Part shown: positions 17,653 to 26,244 of the stretch, in pieces
How positions within the stretch are numbered: position 1 is the first letter of the stretch
Layout: every line of letters starts with the position of its first letter
Program-made: the position numbers and the translations under genes
DNA from: an uncultured bacterium
Lineage (GTDB): Bacteria; Patescibacteriota; Patescibacteriia; CAIQCM01
DNA length: 64,000 nucleotides
Reading direction: 5' to 3'
NCBI GenBank assembly: GCA_963708045.1
Contig: OY970181.1
Coordinates: 707,740 to 771,739, forward strand
Notes under the pieces: model-generated
What the model was told of the DNA's origin: nothing
Databases searched by the model: none
Seen by the model: only the letters and a program-made list of their open reading frames with translations

Positions 17653-17785
17653 TTTATAAATAGGATCAAGCTATGCTTCTGATAAAAAATACTGAGATTA
17701 AATCCTGAAATTTTTAAGTGGTGCGTTGGATATGGAAGGGGGGATTAAAGTCGGCTATTGACTTTTTGATGACTGCGAACTATTC
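17653..17785 (+). promoter_or_regulatory. Conserved upstream module (copy C) followed by TTGACT-17-TATTCT promoter
   Basis: tttataaataggatcaagctatgcttctgataaaaaatactgagattaaatcctgaaatttttaagtggtgcgttggatatggaagggggg...ttgactttttgatgactgcgaactattct. Confidence 0.5.
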
Positions 17786-17847
17786 TTTTGAATCCTTTTG
17801 GCAAGGCCGAAGGTAAAGTTCTGTAAACAAAAACAACGGGGGTTGTC

Positions 17848-18768
17848 ATGGGCTATTACGAAGAACGAAGACTCGAGCTTGCGCAAGAATTAGGTGAACA
17901 GGTAGCTTTAGTTGTCAAGATTGGAGATAGGCTGGTTCATGGGCGAGCTGTTCTTGGTGAGTTGGAACAAAAACACGCTCGGGTATCATGGTTTCCAGTT
18001 GCTGGTAATGTTGACGCGGCTGGATTGCGACTTACGGAGGCAAGGGAAAGGCTAGTCAAAGCGGTCGGGTATTTAGGGAATTGTGATCGTCAGGCGATTA
18101 ACCAAATGGACGTCTTGATTGACACGGCACGCCAGCGTTTGCTCCAGGCGAGCAACTGCATAGAATCGCTTACGGTTTGTCGCGATACACTTGCAGAACT
18201 AGAAAAAGGCTCGAGGCTTAACGTTCCAAGATTGTCTGAATTGTTAGTTGTGGCAAGTCGCTGTTCTCAAGATAGCGATATGACGGAGGTTAACAATTTA
18301 ATGCGTCAAACTAGTGACGAAGATGGCAAACAACACCCCGACCTTCTACTGATCGCTGATTTGCACGGTCGCGCTGAAGTGGCTCTAAATAGTATTTTGG
18401 CGAAGCGTGGAGATTCGCGAATGGTTGAATGGGAAACAAGGCGTCTTGGGAACGTTCAGTTTGTTGCGAGAATAATTATCAAACTCTTGGAGCAGTACGT
18501 GCTTGACCACTATGAGGCTTTTGTTCCTCAGCCGCCGGATCTCTCCGCCCTCCGAACGCTTCTCAGTTTGTCTGAGTTCGGGCCGCCACGACAAAATCTC
18601 AAAGTGCAGATGCAATATGCTGAGAGGGCATTGCGCGATGCTCGTGATAATCTCGTCAAGGCGGAAGCGGTGGGTGGTTGCTATGTCGGTGTGAAAGGGC
18701 GAACAAAAATGCAATATAACTTGGCCAGTTTGCACGGCGGCGATAATGCCGCACCAGATCCGCATTAA
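17848..18768 (+). CDS. Hypothetical protein (306 aa), predominantly alpha-helical-looking
   Basis: RBS acgggggttgtcATG; no recognisable domain; followed by hairpin cacccc/agggtg + T-run (18842-18872). Confidence 0.5.
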   Translation: MGYYEERRLELAQELGEQVALVVKIGDRLVHGRAVLGELEQKHARVSWFPVAGNVDAAGLRLTEARERLVKAVGYLGNCDRQAINQMDVLIDTARQRLLQASNCIESLTVCRDTLAELEKGSRLNVPRLSELLVVASRCSQDSDMTEVNNLMRQTSDEDGKQHPDLLLIADLHGRAEVALNSILAKRGDSRMVEWETRRLGNVQFVARIIIKLLEQYVLDHYEAFVPQPPDLSALRTLLSLSEFGPPRQNLKVQMQYAERALRDARDNLVKAEAVGGCYVGVKGRTKMQYNLASLHGGDNAAPDPH

Positions 18769-18964
18769 CCGAATGACTTAAGACAAACGACCTCGCCTGG
18801 TACGCCGGGCGGGGTTTTTCTTTATTTATAAAATACAAAAGACCACCCCGATTAAAGGGTGATCTTTTTTGCTGAGCCGACCTCGGTCCAAGTAGGCAAG
18901 CTAAGCTTGTCTTGTGGTAGCGAAGCTGAGCTTCGCCGTCATTCTTGAAACCGAGCTCTGCTCG

Positions 18965-19041
18965 GGTAGCCCCAACCGGATTTGAACCGGTGTATCCACG
19001 TTGAGAACGTGGCGTCCTAGGCCAGACTAGACGATGAGGCC
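18965..19041 (-). tRNA. tRNA-Glu (anticodon CUC)
   Basis: Reverse complement GGCCTCATCGTCTAGTCTGGCCTAGGACGCCACGTTCTCAACGTGGATACACCGGTTCAAATCCGGTTGGGGCTACC folds as cloverleaf: 7-bp acceptor with G1-U72 and U5-G68 wobbles, anticodon stem CCACG/CGTGG with loop TTCTCAA, T-arm ACCGG-TTCAAAT-CCGGT; strongly resembles bacterial tRNA-Glu D-arm (TCGTCTAG...AGGAC). Confidence 0.65.
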
Positions 19042-19045
19042 GTAT

Positions 19046-19092
19046 TGGCACGTGGCACGTAGCACGTGGCACGTAGTTTGTAGTCTGTGTTG
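19046..19092. repeat. Tandem heptamer array, family 2 (second copy)
   Basis: gcacgtggcacgtagcacgtggcacgtagtttgtagtctgtg directly abutting tRNA-Glu 5' end. Confidence 0.8.
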
Positions 19093-19186
19093 TTAAACAG
19101 AAAATATTATCACAATTTTAGAATAAAAAATCAATAGTCCCGTCGGCGTCGGCGGGACTATGTTGAGCGGGGAAGGGTGCGGCTAG

Positions 19187-19498
19187 TTAGTCGCCCAGTC
19201 CCTGTACTCGTGGCGGGTCGTTTGTGAGATGTGCTGTTCTGGGTACGCCGCTTCGCACTCTGACGCCTGATCTGATTCTCGGTCTTTTGCGGACAAGTTC
19301 TGTTGGCTCTGGTTCTTTCCATGTTTTTAAAATCAACAGAATGGCGAACAGTATTGAAACTAGGGGTAAACCGATTAGAGGCGCTAAGTCACCATATTGA
19401 ATGTTTTCCCAGACGATGCTTTTGGGTGTGTTTTGTTCAAGGTATAGCGTCGCGGTAAACGGTACGACTACTCCGATGATTAAAAGAACGTTTTTCAT
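19187..19498 (-). CDS. Small hypothetical membrane protein (~104 aa, 2 TM)
   Basis: Start chosen at ATG with SD GGGAGGAATCAAGATG; longer listed ORF N-terminus is unlikely. Confidence 0.5.
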   Translation of the reverse strand: MKNVLLIIGVVVPFTATLYLEQNTPKSIVWENIQYGDLAPLIGLPLVSILFAILLILKTWKEPEPTELVRKRPRIRSGVRVRSGVPRTAHLTNDPPRVQGLGD

Positions 19499-19579
19499 CT
19501 TGATTCCTCCCAATGTTTTCCGACAAATAAATTTATCACGCCGCGTTTTAGGCGTCAATGTTGACCGCAAAGCGCCGGC

Positions 19580-20296
19580 GTGGGAATATTTGAGCGTATG
19601 TTAAATGCTTTAAGCTGGTTCTGGGATAAATTTTTGTACGCGCCGCTATTTAATGCGTTAATTTGGCTTTATAACGGACCGGCCGACCAAAATTTGGGCG
19701 CGGCGGTTATTTTGCTAACCATCGGCATTCGCCTTCTAATTTTGCCGGTTTCAATTTTAGCGGAACGCAGTAAGCATATTTACGTTACGGTTGAAGAAGA
19801 AATTTTGGAAATTGAAAAACAGCATAAAAACGATCCGGAAATTCAAAAAGAACGGATTCGCGAACTTTTGCGCAAACGTCACGTGTCGCCGTGGTCGCGG
19901 GTGGCCTCACTTGGGCTCCAGCTTTTAGTGCTCATCATTTTGTACCAGGTATTTATGGATGGTATTAAAATGAGTAACTTTAAAGCGCTCTATCCGTCCG
20001 TTATCCACCCTGACATTGTCTTTACTTATTTTTGGGGAATTAATTTGGGCGCGCGCGATTGGATCGGCGCGGCGGTCATCGCCCTTTGGTTATATTTTGA
20101 AATTAGTCACGATCAAAAAAAACACGGCGAAAGCGTAACTAAGGCTGATATTTTTTATCGCGTGGCGTTTCCGATTTTTTCCTTTGTCGCGCTTTATTGG
20201 TTGCCGTCGGTTAAGTCCCTCTTTATCTTGACCTCTATGATCTTTTCCGTTATAATCAGCTCATTCAGAAAGATATTTTTCGGGCACAAAGAATAA
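19580..20296 (+). CDS. yidC: Membrane protein insertase YidC/Oxa1 family (short form)
   Basis: LTIGIRLLILPVSI conserved YidC TM2 motif, multi-TM; start could be 19595. Confidence 0.75.
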   Translation: MGIFERMLNALSWFWDKFLYAPLFNALIWLYNGPADQNLGAAVILLTIGIRLLILPVSILAERSKHIYVTVEEEILEIEKQHKNDPEIQKERIRELLRKRHVSPWSRVASLGLQLLVLIILYQVFMDGIKMSNFKALYPSVIHPDIVFTYFWGINLGARDWIGAAVIALWLYFEISHDQKKHGESVTKADIFYRVAFPIFSFVALYWLPSVKSLFILTSMIFSVIISSFRKIFFGHKE

Positions 20297-20303
20297 GTAA
20301 AAT

Positions 20304-20870
20304 ATGGCAGAATCATTAGATAAAATAATGTATTCGTTCGTGGTTGAAGACGTCATTAAAGGACTCTTCATTCACGTGCCGCCGGGCTACGTTGCCTGCG
20401 TTTATGATATGGGCAGGGGAGTCTTGCGCAAGGTTTTAACCCCCGGCCTTCACCTTAAAATTCCTTTTTGGCAAAAAGCCAAACTATTTAATATTCAAAC
20501 GCTGGAGTATTCTATTAGTCGCGATTTTAATTTAGATGATTTGAAAACGCTGGGCGACGTGCCGATTCCGGTTGTGACCGCCGATGGCAAACGCGTTAGC
20601 ATTGAAGGAACAATTTTGCTTCGTTTGGATATTGAACACATCCCCGCGATTTGGCAGTGGGTTGGCGAGGACTTTGTCGCTAAAATCGTGCGGCCGACCG
20701 TGCGCTCGCGTCTCAGAATGATCGCGGCCAAGTATGCGCATCAGGATATGTTGTCGCAGTCGCGGGTTGCTGTTGAAGCTGATACCAAGTCAGAATTAGA
20801 AGGAATTTTTCATCCGCGCGGAATCCGCGTAGAAAACGTTTTGCTTTCCGAGATTGCTTCGCAGAAGTGA
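20304..20870 (+). CDS. SPFH/band-7 domain protein (prohibitin/HflC-like)
   Basis: HLKIPFWQKA, VPIPVVTADG, ILLRLD, VRPTVRSRLRMIAAKY, ENVLLSEI matches SPFH domain pattern. Confidence 0.6.
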   Translation: MAESLDKIMYSFVVEDVIKGLFIHVPPGYVACVYDMGRGVLRKVLTPGLHLKIPFWQKAKLFNIQTLEYSISRDFNLDDLKTLGDVPIPVVTADGKRVSIEGTILLRLDIEHIPAIWQWVGEDFVAKIVRPTVRSRLRMIAAKYAHQDMLSQSRVAVEADTKSELEGIFHPRGIRVENVLLSEIASQK

Positions 20871-20884
20871 CGATAAACAGGGTC

Positions 20885-20923
20885 TTGACGAACTAATTAG
20901 CACTCTATACAATAGAGTGCTAA
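20885..20923 (+). promoter_or_regulatory. hrcA promoter (TTGACG-17-TACAAT) with perfect CIRCE operator TTAGCACTC-N9-GAGTGCTAA
   Basis: ttgacgaactaaTTAGCACTCtatacaataGAGTGCTAAaat; CIRCE consensus 20897-20923. Confidence 0.9.
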
Positions 20924-20932
20924 AATGTTTTT

Positions 20933-21592
20933 ATGAAGAAACTAGAGGTCAGAAAGGAAACAATTCTGGATTCTTTGGTTAGAGAATACGTAAAAACCGC
21001 CGAGCCGGTAAGTTCGCTGTACCTTTCGGAAAAAGCCGAGTTGGCGGTTTCTTCGGCAACGGTTAGAAATGAATTGGCCGATTTGGAAAACGAGGGGTTT
21101 CTTGTTCAGCCGCATACGTCCGCCGGCCGTATTCCAACCGAAAATGCTTACCGGTATTTTGTTGAATATTTGTCGCGGCCGCAAAAAAACGACAGCGTTT
21201 TTGTTGCTCGGCTGCAATCGTTTTTTAAAGAACGCGACGACGCCAAAGCCGCGGCCAAGATGCTGGCGGCCGAAACTAAGGAATGCGTTTTTGTTCTGTT
21301 TGAACCGAATGATACCTATTATACCGGACTGACTAATCTTTTTTCGCAGCCGGAATTTGGCGAGCGCGAGATTGCCTTAAATATTTCCGGCGCCCTTGAT
21401 CAGTTGGACGAAGCTGTGTCCAAATTAAAACACGAAGGCGGCGTTAAAACGCTTATTGGTCGCGAGTGTCCGCTTGATCGGCGCTCTTCAATTGTTTATG
21501 TGGGCGCTGGAAAGCGGATCGTCGGTGTTGTTGGGTTGGTGCGAATGGATTACGAAAAAATTATTGGGCTCTTAAATTCACTCAATAAATAA
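20933..21592 (+). CDS. hrcA: Heat-inducible transcription repressor HrcA (short form)
   Basis: AEPVSSLYLSEK...VSSATVRNELADLENEGFLVQPHTSAGRIPTENAYRYFV matches HrcA N-terminal wHTH; preceded by CIRCE. Confidence 0.85.
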   Translation: MKKLEVRKETILDSLVREYVKTAEPVSSLYLSEKAELAVSSATVRNELADLENEGFLVQPHTSAGRIPTENAYRYFVEYLSRPQKNDSVFVARLQSFFKERDDAKAAAKMLAAETKECVFVLFEPNDTYYTGLTNLFSQPEFGEREIALNISGALDQLDEAVSKLKHEGGVKTLIGRECPLDRRSSIVYVGAGKRIVGVVGLVRMDYEKIIGLLNSLNK

Positions 21593-21657
21593 CTGTTAAC
21601 TGTTAACTTTTAACTATTAGGTTGCTAAAAGTTAAAAGCTAAAAGTTAAAAGTTAAT
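21591..21657. repeat. Intergenic heptamer-unit inverted repeat, family 4
   Basis: aactgttaactgttaacttttaactattaggttgctaaaagttaaaagctaaaagttaaaagttaat. Confidence 0.8.
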
Positions 21658-22101
21658 ATGGAAGAAATAAATAATAATCAACAAGAACCAATAATTGAAG
21701 AATTAAAAAAGCAGGCCGAAGAAAATTTAAACGGTTGGAAACGATGCAAAGCTGATCTGATAAATTTGCAGAACGATACTGCGCGCGAACGCATTGAATG
21801 GGCAAAATTTGCCGCCGCCGGTTCGCTCCAAAGACTGCTCCCGGCCATTGACACGCTTGCCGCCGCCGCCGCGCATCTTCCTGAATTAAATGACACCGTT
21901 CGCAAGTTTGAAGAGTATTTAAAAGGTGAAGGTATTACGGAAGTTGAAGCGGTTGGTATATACAATCCTTCGCTACACGAGGTAATCAGCAAAGAAAAAA
22001 AAGAAGGCGCCGAAGCGGACGTGATCACGACGGTTGTTCAAAAGGGGTACCGGCTACACGACAAATTACTCCGCCCAGCCAAAGTGATTATTGCGGAATG
22101 A
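21658..22101 (+). CDS. grpE: Nucleotide exchange factor GrpE
   Basis: GrpE coiled-coil + C-terminal beta domain pattern (RERIEWAKFAAAG..., GYRLHDKLLRPAKV). Confidence 0.8.
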   Translation: MEEINNNQQEPIIEELKKQAEENLNGWKRCKADLINLQNDTARERIEWAKFAAAGSLQRLLPAIDTLAAAAAHLPELNDTVRKFEEYLKGEGITEVEAVGIYNPSLHEVISKEKKEGAEADVITTVVQKGYRLHDKLLRPAKVIIAE

Positions 22102-22133
22102 AATAAAAAAATTTGATAAACTGTTGATTAGGT

Positions 22134-22238
22134 GGCGTCATTCCGAGCCTGTCTGGTCGCTCTGTCCAAGGCGAGGAATCACGAAGCTTGCTAGAGACTT
22201 TGAGTTCCCTCATCGCTTCGGCTCTTCGGGATGACGCC
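22134..22238 (+). repeat. 105-nt structured repeat element (copy 1) with ~14-bp terminal inverted repeats
   Basis: ggcgtcattccgagcctgtctggtcgctctgtccaaggcgaggaatcacgaagcttgctagagactttgagttccctcatcgcttcggctcttcgggatgacgcc; ~88% identical by eye to the reverse complement of 35827-35931. Confidence 0.8.
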
Positions 22239-22290
22239 AAAAACGGATTAGGTATTAGATATTAGAAATTAGATATTAATAATAAAATAT

Positions 22291-22707
22291 ATGTCCTTAA
22301 CTCCTTGGCACGACCCGTTTGAAGAAGTTGAACAAATGATGAAAGATTTTCGTCCGTCAATTTCGGGCGGCAATTTCTCATTTGCTCCCTCCGTTAACGT
22401 TTACGAAACCGAAAAAGCGGTTGTGGTTGAGTCGGCGATCCCTGGCGTTGATCCGAGTGACGTTGAAATTTTTATTGAAAACGATGTTTTGACGATAAAA
22501 GGCCAGACAAAAAAATCTTCGGAGCTTGATGAAAAAGATTTTTATCGCAAAGAAATACGTGAAGGTGGTTTCTTACGCCGCGTCGCCTTGCCGGTTGGGG
22601 TTTTGGGCGAACAAACAGAAGCAGAATTTAAAGACGGTTTATTAAAAATAACAGCACCTAAGGCAGAATCGCCAAAGGCAAAAACGATCAAAATTAACAT
22701 CAAATAA
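22291..22707 (+). CDS. Small heat shock protein (Hsp20/alpha-crystallin family)
   Basis: Alpha-crystallin domain pattern (FRRVALPVGV...DGLLKITAPK). Confidence 0.85.
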   Translation: MSLTPWHDPFEEVEQMMKDFRPSISGGNFSFAPSVNVYETEKAVVVESAIPGVDPSDVEIFIENDVLTIKGQTKKSSELDEKDFYRKEIREGGFLRRVALPVGVLGEQTEAEFKDGLLKITAPKAESPKAKTIKINIK

Positions 22708-22721
22708 AATAATATTTACTT

Positions 22722-24551
22722 ATGCCAAAAATAATTGGAATTGATTTAGGAACGTCAAACAGCGCCGCTTCGGTTATGCAAGGCGACGCACCGATAATGA
22801 TTCCCGCGGCTGAAGGCGCGTCTATCGGCGGCAAGGCGTTTCCGTCGTATGTCGCAATGACCAAAGACGGACAGTTGCTCGTCGGCGAACCAGCACGTCG
22901 CCAGGCGGTCGCTAACCCCGAAGGAACGGTTTACGCGGCCAAGCGCAAGATGGGAACGAGCGAAAAAATAACCATGGCCGGTAAGGAATATACTCCTCAG
23001 CAAATTTCCGCGTTTATTCTTCAAAAAATAAAGCGTGACGCAGAGGCATATTTGGGTGAACCGGTTTCAAAAGCGGTTATTACCGTGCCAGCGTATTTTA
23101 ACGATGCCCAACGCCAAGCAACTAAGGATGCTGGCGCGATTGCTGGGCTGGAAGTTGTTCGCATTGTAAACGAACCAACAGCGGCGGCTTTGGCCTATGG
23201 TTTAGACAAAGGTCATAAGGATCAAACGATTTTAGTTTTTGATCTTGGGGGTGGAACCCTGGACGTTACAGTAATGAAATTCGGTGGCGGCGTTTTTGAA
23301 GTTATTTCAACTTCTGGCGACACGCATTTGGGCGGGACGGATATGGATAATGCAATCACAAGCTTTGTCGTTTCCGAATTTAAACGCGAAAGCGGCATTG
23401 ATATTTCCGTCAACAAAATGGCGACGATTCGTCTTAAAGAAGGTGTGGAAAAAGCTAAGATAGAACTTTCCACGGTTTTGGAAACGGAAATTAATTTGCC
23501 GTTTATTACCGCTGACGCAACGGGACCAAAACATTTGGTAATGAAATTAACGCGCGCCAAACTAGAAGAATTAGTCGGGCCAACGATTGATCGTTGTCGT
23601 CATCCGTTAGAGCAGGCGCTTACCGATGCCAAACTTACGCCAACCGAAGTTGGCGCGGTAATTATGGTCGGTGGTCCAACGCGAATGCCGATCGTCTCCG
23701 GTTTTGTGGAAAAATATTTAAACAAAAAAGTTGAACGCGGCGTTGACCCAATGGAATGTGTTGCCAAGGGCGCGGCGGTTCAAGCGGCAATTCTTTCGGG
23801 CGACGTTAAGGATGTATTGCTTTTGGACGTTACGCCGCTTACCCTTGGTATTGAAACAATGGGCGGTGTTTCCACGCCGCTTATCACGAGAAATACAACT
23901 GTCCCAACTTCAAAGAGCCAGGTCTTTTCCACGGCCGCGGACAACCAGCCGTCGGTTGAAATCCACGTCCTTCAAGGCGAACGTCCGATGGCTTCCGACA
24001 ATCGCACGCTTGGACGCTTTATGCTAGACGGAATTCCGCCGTCGCCGCGCGGCTTGCCGCAAATTGAAGTAATTTTTGACATTGACGCAAACGGCATTCT
24101 TACGGTTACGGCCAAAGACAAAGCGACAAACAAAATGCAAAATATCGTCATTCGCGATACCTCGGCGCTTTCTAAGGAAGAAATTGAACGGATGCAAAAA
24201 GAAGCGCAGGCGCACGCCGAAGAAGATCGCAAAAAGAAAGAAATTATTGAATTGCGCAATCAAGCCGACGCCACTATTTACCAAACGGAAAAAACAATTA
24301 AAGAAGTTGGTGAAAAAGTTCCGGCTGATATTAAAAAAGCGATTGACGAAAAAATCGCGGCGGTTAAGGCGGCCAAAGACGGCACCGACGCGGCCACGCT
24401 TAAAAAAGCGCTGGACGAACTTTCCGAAACAATCCAAAAGATCGGCGCCGAACTCTACAAAAATCAAACCCCGCCCGCGGGCAACCCGACGACTGAACCG
24501 AAAAAAGATGATAATGTTGTTGAAGGCGAAGTCGTTGATGACAAGAAATAG
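22722..24551 (+). CDS. dnaK: Chaperone DnaK (Hsp70)
   Basis: [19 protein letters not shown], full-length Hsp70 with acidic/Lys-rich C-terminus. Confidence 0.95.
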   Translation: MPKIIGIDLGTSNSAASVMQGDAPIMIPAAEGASIGGKAFPSYVAMTKDGQLLVGEPARRQAVANPEGTVYAAKRKMGTSEKITMAGKEYTPQQISAFILQKIKRDAEAYLGEPVSKAVITVPAYFNDAQRQATKDAGAIAGLEVVRIVNEPTAAALAYGLDKGHKDQTILVFDLGGGTLDVTVMKFGGGVFEVISTSGDTHLGGTDMDNAITSFVVSEFKRESGIDISVNKMATIRLKEGVEKAKIELSTVLETEINLPFITADATGPKHLVMKLTRAKLEELVGPTIDRCRHPLEQALTDAKLTPTEVGAVIMVGGPTRMPIVSGFVEKYLNKKVERGVDPMECVAKGAAVQAAILSGDVKDVLLLDVTPLTLGIETMGGVSTPLITRNTTVPTSKSQVFSTAADNQPSVEIHVLQGERPMASDNRTLGRFMLDGIPPSPRGLPQIEVIFDIDANGILTVTAKDKATNKMQNIVIRDTSALSKEEIERMQKEAQAHAEEDRKKKEIIELRNQADATIYQTEKTIKEVGEKVPADIKKAIDEKIAAVKAAKDGTDAATLKKALDELSETIQKIGAELYKNQTPPAGNPTTEPKKDDNVVEGEVVDDKK

Positions 24552-24562
24552 ATTAAAACCTG

Positions 24563-25621
24563 ATGAAAGATTATTACAAATCTCTCGGTATAGATAAAAA
24601 CGCCACGACGGAAGACATTAAAAACGCCTTCCGTCGTTTGGCGATGGAACATCATCCGGACAAGGGCGGTGAAGCGGAAAAGTTTAAAGAAATCAACGAG
24701 GCGTATCAGGTGCTTTCCGACGAAAAAAAGCGCGGCCAGTATGATCGCTATGGCACGGTTAATGATAATCCTTTCCAAGGCGGGGGCGCGCAAGGGTTTG
24801 GTGGACAAGGTTTTAATGTTAATTTTGAAGACCTCGGCGATATTTTTGGCGGCTTTGGCGATATTTTTGGAATGGGTGGGCGAGGCGAACGCGCTAATCG
24901 CGCCGGCGCCGACATTCACGCCGACATCACGCTTGATTTTAACGAAGCGGTTTTTGGCACGGAAAAAAATGTTGATTTGTATAAACAAGTCGTTTGCCAT
25001 AACTGTACCGGCACGGGTGGTGAACCGGGTTCCAAAGAAAAGAAATGCAACGAGTGTCATGGTAGTGGTCAGGTAACACGGACACAGCGCACAGTTTTTG
25101 GCCAGTTTAATACGGCGGCAACTTGCACGACCTGCGGCGGACGCGGCAAGACTTATGAAAGCAAATGTTCTCATTGTTCCGGACGGGGGATTGTCAAAGA
25201 AACAAAAAATCTCAAAATTAAAATTCCAGCGGGAATTGACAACGGTTCAACACTTCGGGTAAGGGGCGAGGGCGAAGCGATGGCGAGCGCCGCGGCTGGG
25301 GACTTGTATATCACGATGCGCGTTAAGCCAAGTCCTGACTTTGTCCGCGACGAATATAATATTTTAAGTGATTTGGTTTTGTCGTACCCAGCGGCCGCGC
25401 TTGGTACGGTTAAGCCGGTGAAAACGGTTGATGGCGAGGTTGAACTTAAAATCCCCGCAGGCACGCAAAGCGGAAGTGTGATAAAATTAAAAAACAGGGG
25501 AGTGCCAAGGTTAAACGCTGACGTTCGCGGCGATCATCTAGTACGAGTAATTGTTGAAGTGCCGCGCAAGCTTTCTAAGAAGCAGAAACAGCTCTTGGAG
25601 CAGTTACGAGATAATGAATAA
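24563..25621 (+). CDS. dnaJ: Chaperone DnaJ
   Basis: J-domain with HPD ([10 protein letters not shown]), G/F-rich region, four CxxCxGxG zinc-finger repeats. Confidence 0.95.
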   Translation: MKDYYKSLGIDKNATTEDIKNAFRRLAMEHHPDKGGEAEKFKEINEAYQVLSDEKKRGQYDRYGTVNDNPFQGGGAQGFGGQGFNVNFEDLGDIFGGFGDIFGMGGRGERANRAGADIHADITLDFNEAVFGTEKNVDLYKQVVCHNCTGTGGEPGSKEKKCNECHGSGQVTRTQRTVFGQFNTAATCTTCGGRGKTYESKCSHCSGRGIVKETKNLKIKIPAGIDNGSTLRVRGEGEAMASAAAGDLYITMRVKPSPDFVRDEYNILSDLVLSYPAAALGTVKPVKTVDGEVELKIPAGTQSGSVIKLKNRGVPRLNADVRGDHLVRVIVEVPRKLSKKQKQLLEQLRDNE

Positions 25622-25712
25622 TTAAGAGGTTTCAGGTTCAAGGTTCAAGGTTTTAGGTGATTAACGTTACGACGTGCTACCTAACACCTAACACCTAAAA
25701 CCTTGAACCTAA
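25622..25712. repeat. Intergenic heptamer-unit inverted repeat, family 3 (second copy)
   Basis: ggtttcaggttcaaggttcaaggttttaggtg...cacctaacacctaacacctaaaaccttgaacctaaac. Confidence 0.8.
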
Positions 25713-25715
25713 ACA

Positions 25716-26234
25716 ATGAGAGATTTCTTTTCCAACTTCAACCCCGCCAACCCGACCTGGGACTTATTCCTGATCCTGTTTTTTGTCATTGCCACTTTTC
25801 TTTACGGCCTCACGCTTGGCCGCGCTAAAGTGGTTGTGCAGATTGTTTCGTCGTATATGACGGTGGCGATTCTTGCCTCGGCGCCTTTTCTTGGCAGGTT
25901 TGAAGCGCAGACGCCGCTTAATCACACGCTTTTTTATTTAGCCGCCTTTTTTGCCGTTTTTACTTTGCTTTGCGTGATGCTTTCAAAAAGCGCTTTTCAT
26001 CTGCACCTTGCCGAAGGCAAGGGTGGCTGGTTGGATGTGCTGATTCTTTCAATCGTTCAAATCGGCTTTTTGTCGTCAATTGTTTTGTCTTCAATGTCGG
26101 GTTTTATTTTAAGCCACCTGTCGCCGATAACCAGGAAATTATTTGCCGAAGAACCGGCGCAGTTTATCTGGACGATTTTGCCAATCATGGCGCTCATAAT
26201 TATCCGCGGCCGACCAAAGAAGTTGGTTAAATAA
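25716..26234 (+). CDS. Hypothetical polytopic membrane protein
   Basis: 4-5 hydrophobic helices; no clear family. Confidence 0.45.
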   Translation: MRDFFSNFNPANPTWDLFLILFFVIATFLYGLTLGRAKVVVQIVSSYMTVAILASAPFLGRFEAQTPLNHTLFYLAAFFAVFTLLCVMLSKSAFHLHLAEGKGGWLDVLILSIVQIGFLSSIVLSSMSGFILSHLSPITRKLFAEEPAQFIWTILPIMALIIIRGRPKKLVK

Positions 26235-26244
26235 ATTTGTCTGT

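Larger units (their letters stand above)
12491..19092. other. Putative ~6.6-kb accessory island (appears higher in GC by eye, cassette-like organisation, bounded by family-2 heptamer arrays and tRNA-Glu)
   Basis: See findings; contains 7 ORFs of unknown function with shared promoter/operator/terminator modules; no integrase detected. Confidence 0.5.

Noticed and set aside
18870-18964. Possible second tRNA or small RNA next to tRNA-Glu
   Set aside because: Contains several short hairpins (cgaagctgagcttcg, gaccgaggtc) but I could not fold a cloverleaf with a matching acceptor stem; left as unannotated.
19540-19575. Short palindrome ggcgtcaatgttgaccgc upstream of yidC as a second operator of the cgtcaa/ttgacg type
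   Set aside because: The half-sites match but the spacing is 2 nt, not 6 nt, and the occurrence is single; likely coincidental.
24076-24597. 173-aa Lys/Arg-rich ORF on + strand
   Set aside because: Lies entirely inside dnaK/dnaJ in another frame; its composition is an artefact of translating the GAA/AAA-rich dnaK C-terminus out of frame.
24024-25174. Two long minus-strand ORFs (147 and 236 aa) antisense to dnaK/dnaJ
   Set aside because: Antisense to well-supported conserved genes; low-complexity translations.
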